DNA of 64,000 nucleotides from an uncultured Anaerolineales bacterium. Its GTDB lineage: Bacteria; Chloroflexota; Anaerolineae; Anaerolineales; RBG-16-64-43. Numbering within the stretch: the first letter of the stretch is position 1; each line of letters starts with the position of its first letter. The stretch covers positions 946 to 64,945 of the forward strand of contig CAZFPL010000008.1 of the NCBI GenBank assembly GCA_964521085.1. The letters are read 5' to 3'. Below the pieces are notes generated by a model that ran no database searches, was not told the origin of the DNA, and saw only the letters and a list, made by a program, of their open reading frames with translations. The position numbers and the translations under genes were made by a program. Of this stretch, positions 63,036 through 64,000 are shown piece after piece.

Positions 63036-63479
63036 ATGGCAAACGCGCGGTTATCCTCGCTCGACAATGATTTCTATTCCCGCCTGCTCCGCGAGTCGGA
63101 CGATACATTGCACCAGATGGCTCTGGCGGCCTGCCGTTACGCCGTGGAGAAAAGCAAGTTGAAGTATCCGGCGATTCTCGCGGCGCTGAAGGCCATGACC
63201 GAGAAAAAGCCGCTGAGTCAGGCCGAGCTTGCGGAATTGGGGAAGCTGGTTGCGGCGCTGGATGCCTTCCACATCGGCACCGATATCCGCGACCGGGATA
63301 AGACCGGGAAAACCGATACGCTAAGCGCAAAGGCGGCCATGTTCCAGGCTCGCGCGGCGAACGCCGTGTTCATGGCAACCAATCCGGACCCCTTGTTTGC
63401 GGCGCTCGAGGCGATCTACGAATCGCATTTGGCAACCGGAGACTGGCCCGCTCTGAAAAGTATCCTTACCTCCAAATAA
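63036..63479 (+). CDS. Hypothetical helical protein
   Basis: 147-aa ORF with natural-looking composition. No family recognised. Confidence 0.45.
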   Translation: MANARLSSLDNDFYSRLLRESDDTLHQMALAACRYAVEKSKLKYPAILAALKAMTEKKPLSQAELAELGKLVAALDAFHIGTDIRDRDKTGKTDTLSAKAAMFQARAANAVFMATNPDPLFAALEAIYESHLATGDWPALKSILTSK

Positions 63480-63697
63480 GGGTTAAATACCAAAACACAG
63501 ATGCGCAAGGGCGCCAAGACCACCCCGGTTGGGTCGGGAAGCGTCGCCATGCCTACCCCCACTGTTTAGAACGGGGGTCGGCTATGACCGCTTGCGACCT
63601 TTCCAGCCAGGCAACTCCCACCTTTGAATTACGCAAATGAAAGTAATTACCTGCTGCGGGAGCTCACCCGCATCTCCACAATTGAGGGATAGGAGGC

Positions 63698-63943
63698 ATG
63701 ATGCAACAACTGATGAACCAATTTGAGGGGTCCGGGGATCGGTCAGTTCTGCCTGATCTAGCGGTCAAGGGGTTGATCCTCAGGGGCGGTATTCGATTTG
63801 CCGAGGTGGCGAGGAATTTGATCGTATGCCTGGTCGCCGGCCTGGTCGCCGTTTTCTATTTCCACCTCCCGGGCGCCGCCGTTGCGGTTTTCTTCGGGAT
63901 TCTTGCCCTCAATACCGTGGTGGAGGGGGGATCACTGTGCTGA
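63698..63943 (+). CDS. Hypothetical small membrane protein
   Basis: AGGAGG lies upstream of the start. Two hydrophobic helices (LIVCLVAGLVAVFYF and VAVFFGILALNTVV). Confidence 0.4.
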   Translation: MMQQLMNQFEGSGDRSVLPDLAVKGLILRGGIRFAEVARNLIVCLVAGLVAVFYFHLPGAAVAVFFGILALNTVVEGGSLC

Positions 63944-64000
63944 GGTTGCGCGCGGTCGCCAACCTCGAACCTGCCGCCGACGGAAATGTCCTCCGAACGA

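Noticed and set aside
1-64000. Search for tRNA, rRNA, tmRNA, transposase, integrase, prophage or defence-system genes
   Set aside because: Intergenic regions longer than 100 nt were read on both strands: 9499-9952, 13384-13611, 16442-16639, 19241-19475, 23079-23464, 42055-42271, 43867-44098, 53774-54066, 55354-55646, 57190-57399, 58534-58724 and 63480-63697. No cloverleaf-like or rRNA-like sequence was recognised, and no ORF showed recombinase, nuclease or toxin hallmarks. Absence cannot be proven without covariance-model searches.

Overview
High-GC bacterial chromosomal segment with about 55 protein genes. I recognised no rRNA, tRNA, CRISPR array, transposase or integrase. Gene content (CSLREA/beta-helix surface proteins, many lipobox lipoproteins, LplABC-type sugar ABC systems) suggests a Chloroflexota/Anaerolineae-like saprophyte, but that is inference only.

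Layout:
- 1-9500: tandem array of five secreted or surface proteins on the minus strand. The four complete ones end in the same ~105-aa SH3b-like plus six-cysteine module.
- 9950-14460: chitobiose/GlcNAc-type cluster (GH4 ChbF-like, BadF-type kinase, SIS protein, ChbG/YdjC).
- 14530-19240: ECF sigma/anti-sigma pair, PadR plus membrane protein, DeoC.
- 19476-42054: large pectin/hexuronate locus. It is headed by a 1200-aa soluble fusion regulator (LacI-type sugar-binding domain, histidine kinase, pseudo-receiver, receiver, AraC). It continues with LplBCA-type transporter genes, LplD-like GH4, GH105, GH28, an esterase, KdgK, a FAH-family protein, an Eda-VOC fusion, an IolB/KduI-type isomerase, KduD and UxaE-like. 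It ends with a LarA-family (nickel-pincer type) protein translationally coupled to gluconokinase, followed by Gnd.
- 42272-46546: three CE1-like esterases, an aldo/keto reductase and a small gene interrupted by an in-frame TAA.
- 46777-55353: ABC-2 transporter; BNR lipoprotein, PIG-V-like GT-C membrane protein, two sugar ABC permeases and GH27.
- 55647-58533: CGNR regulator, MBL lipoprotein, HhH radical-SAM protein.
- 58725-62947: pstSCAB plus a divergently transcribed second pstB.

Most noteworthy are the shared C-terminal module array with its covarying palindromes, the LarA-GntK-Gnd module inside a hexuronate locus, and the soluble hybrid two-component regulator. All family calls rest on reading the translated ORFs against remembered family motifs. 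No searches or alignments were run.
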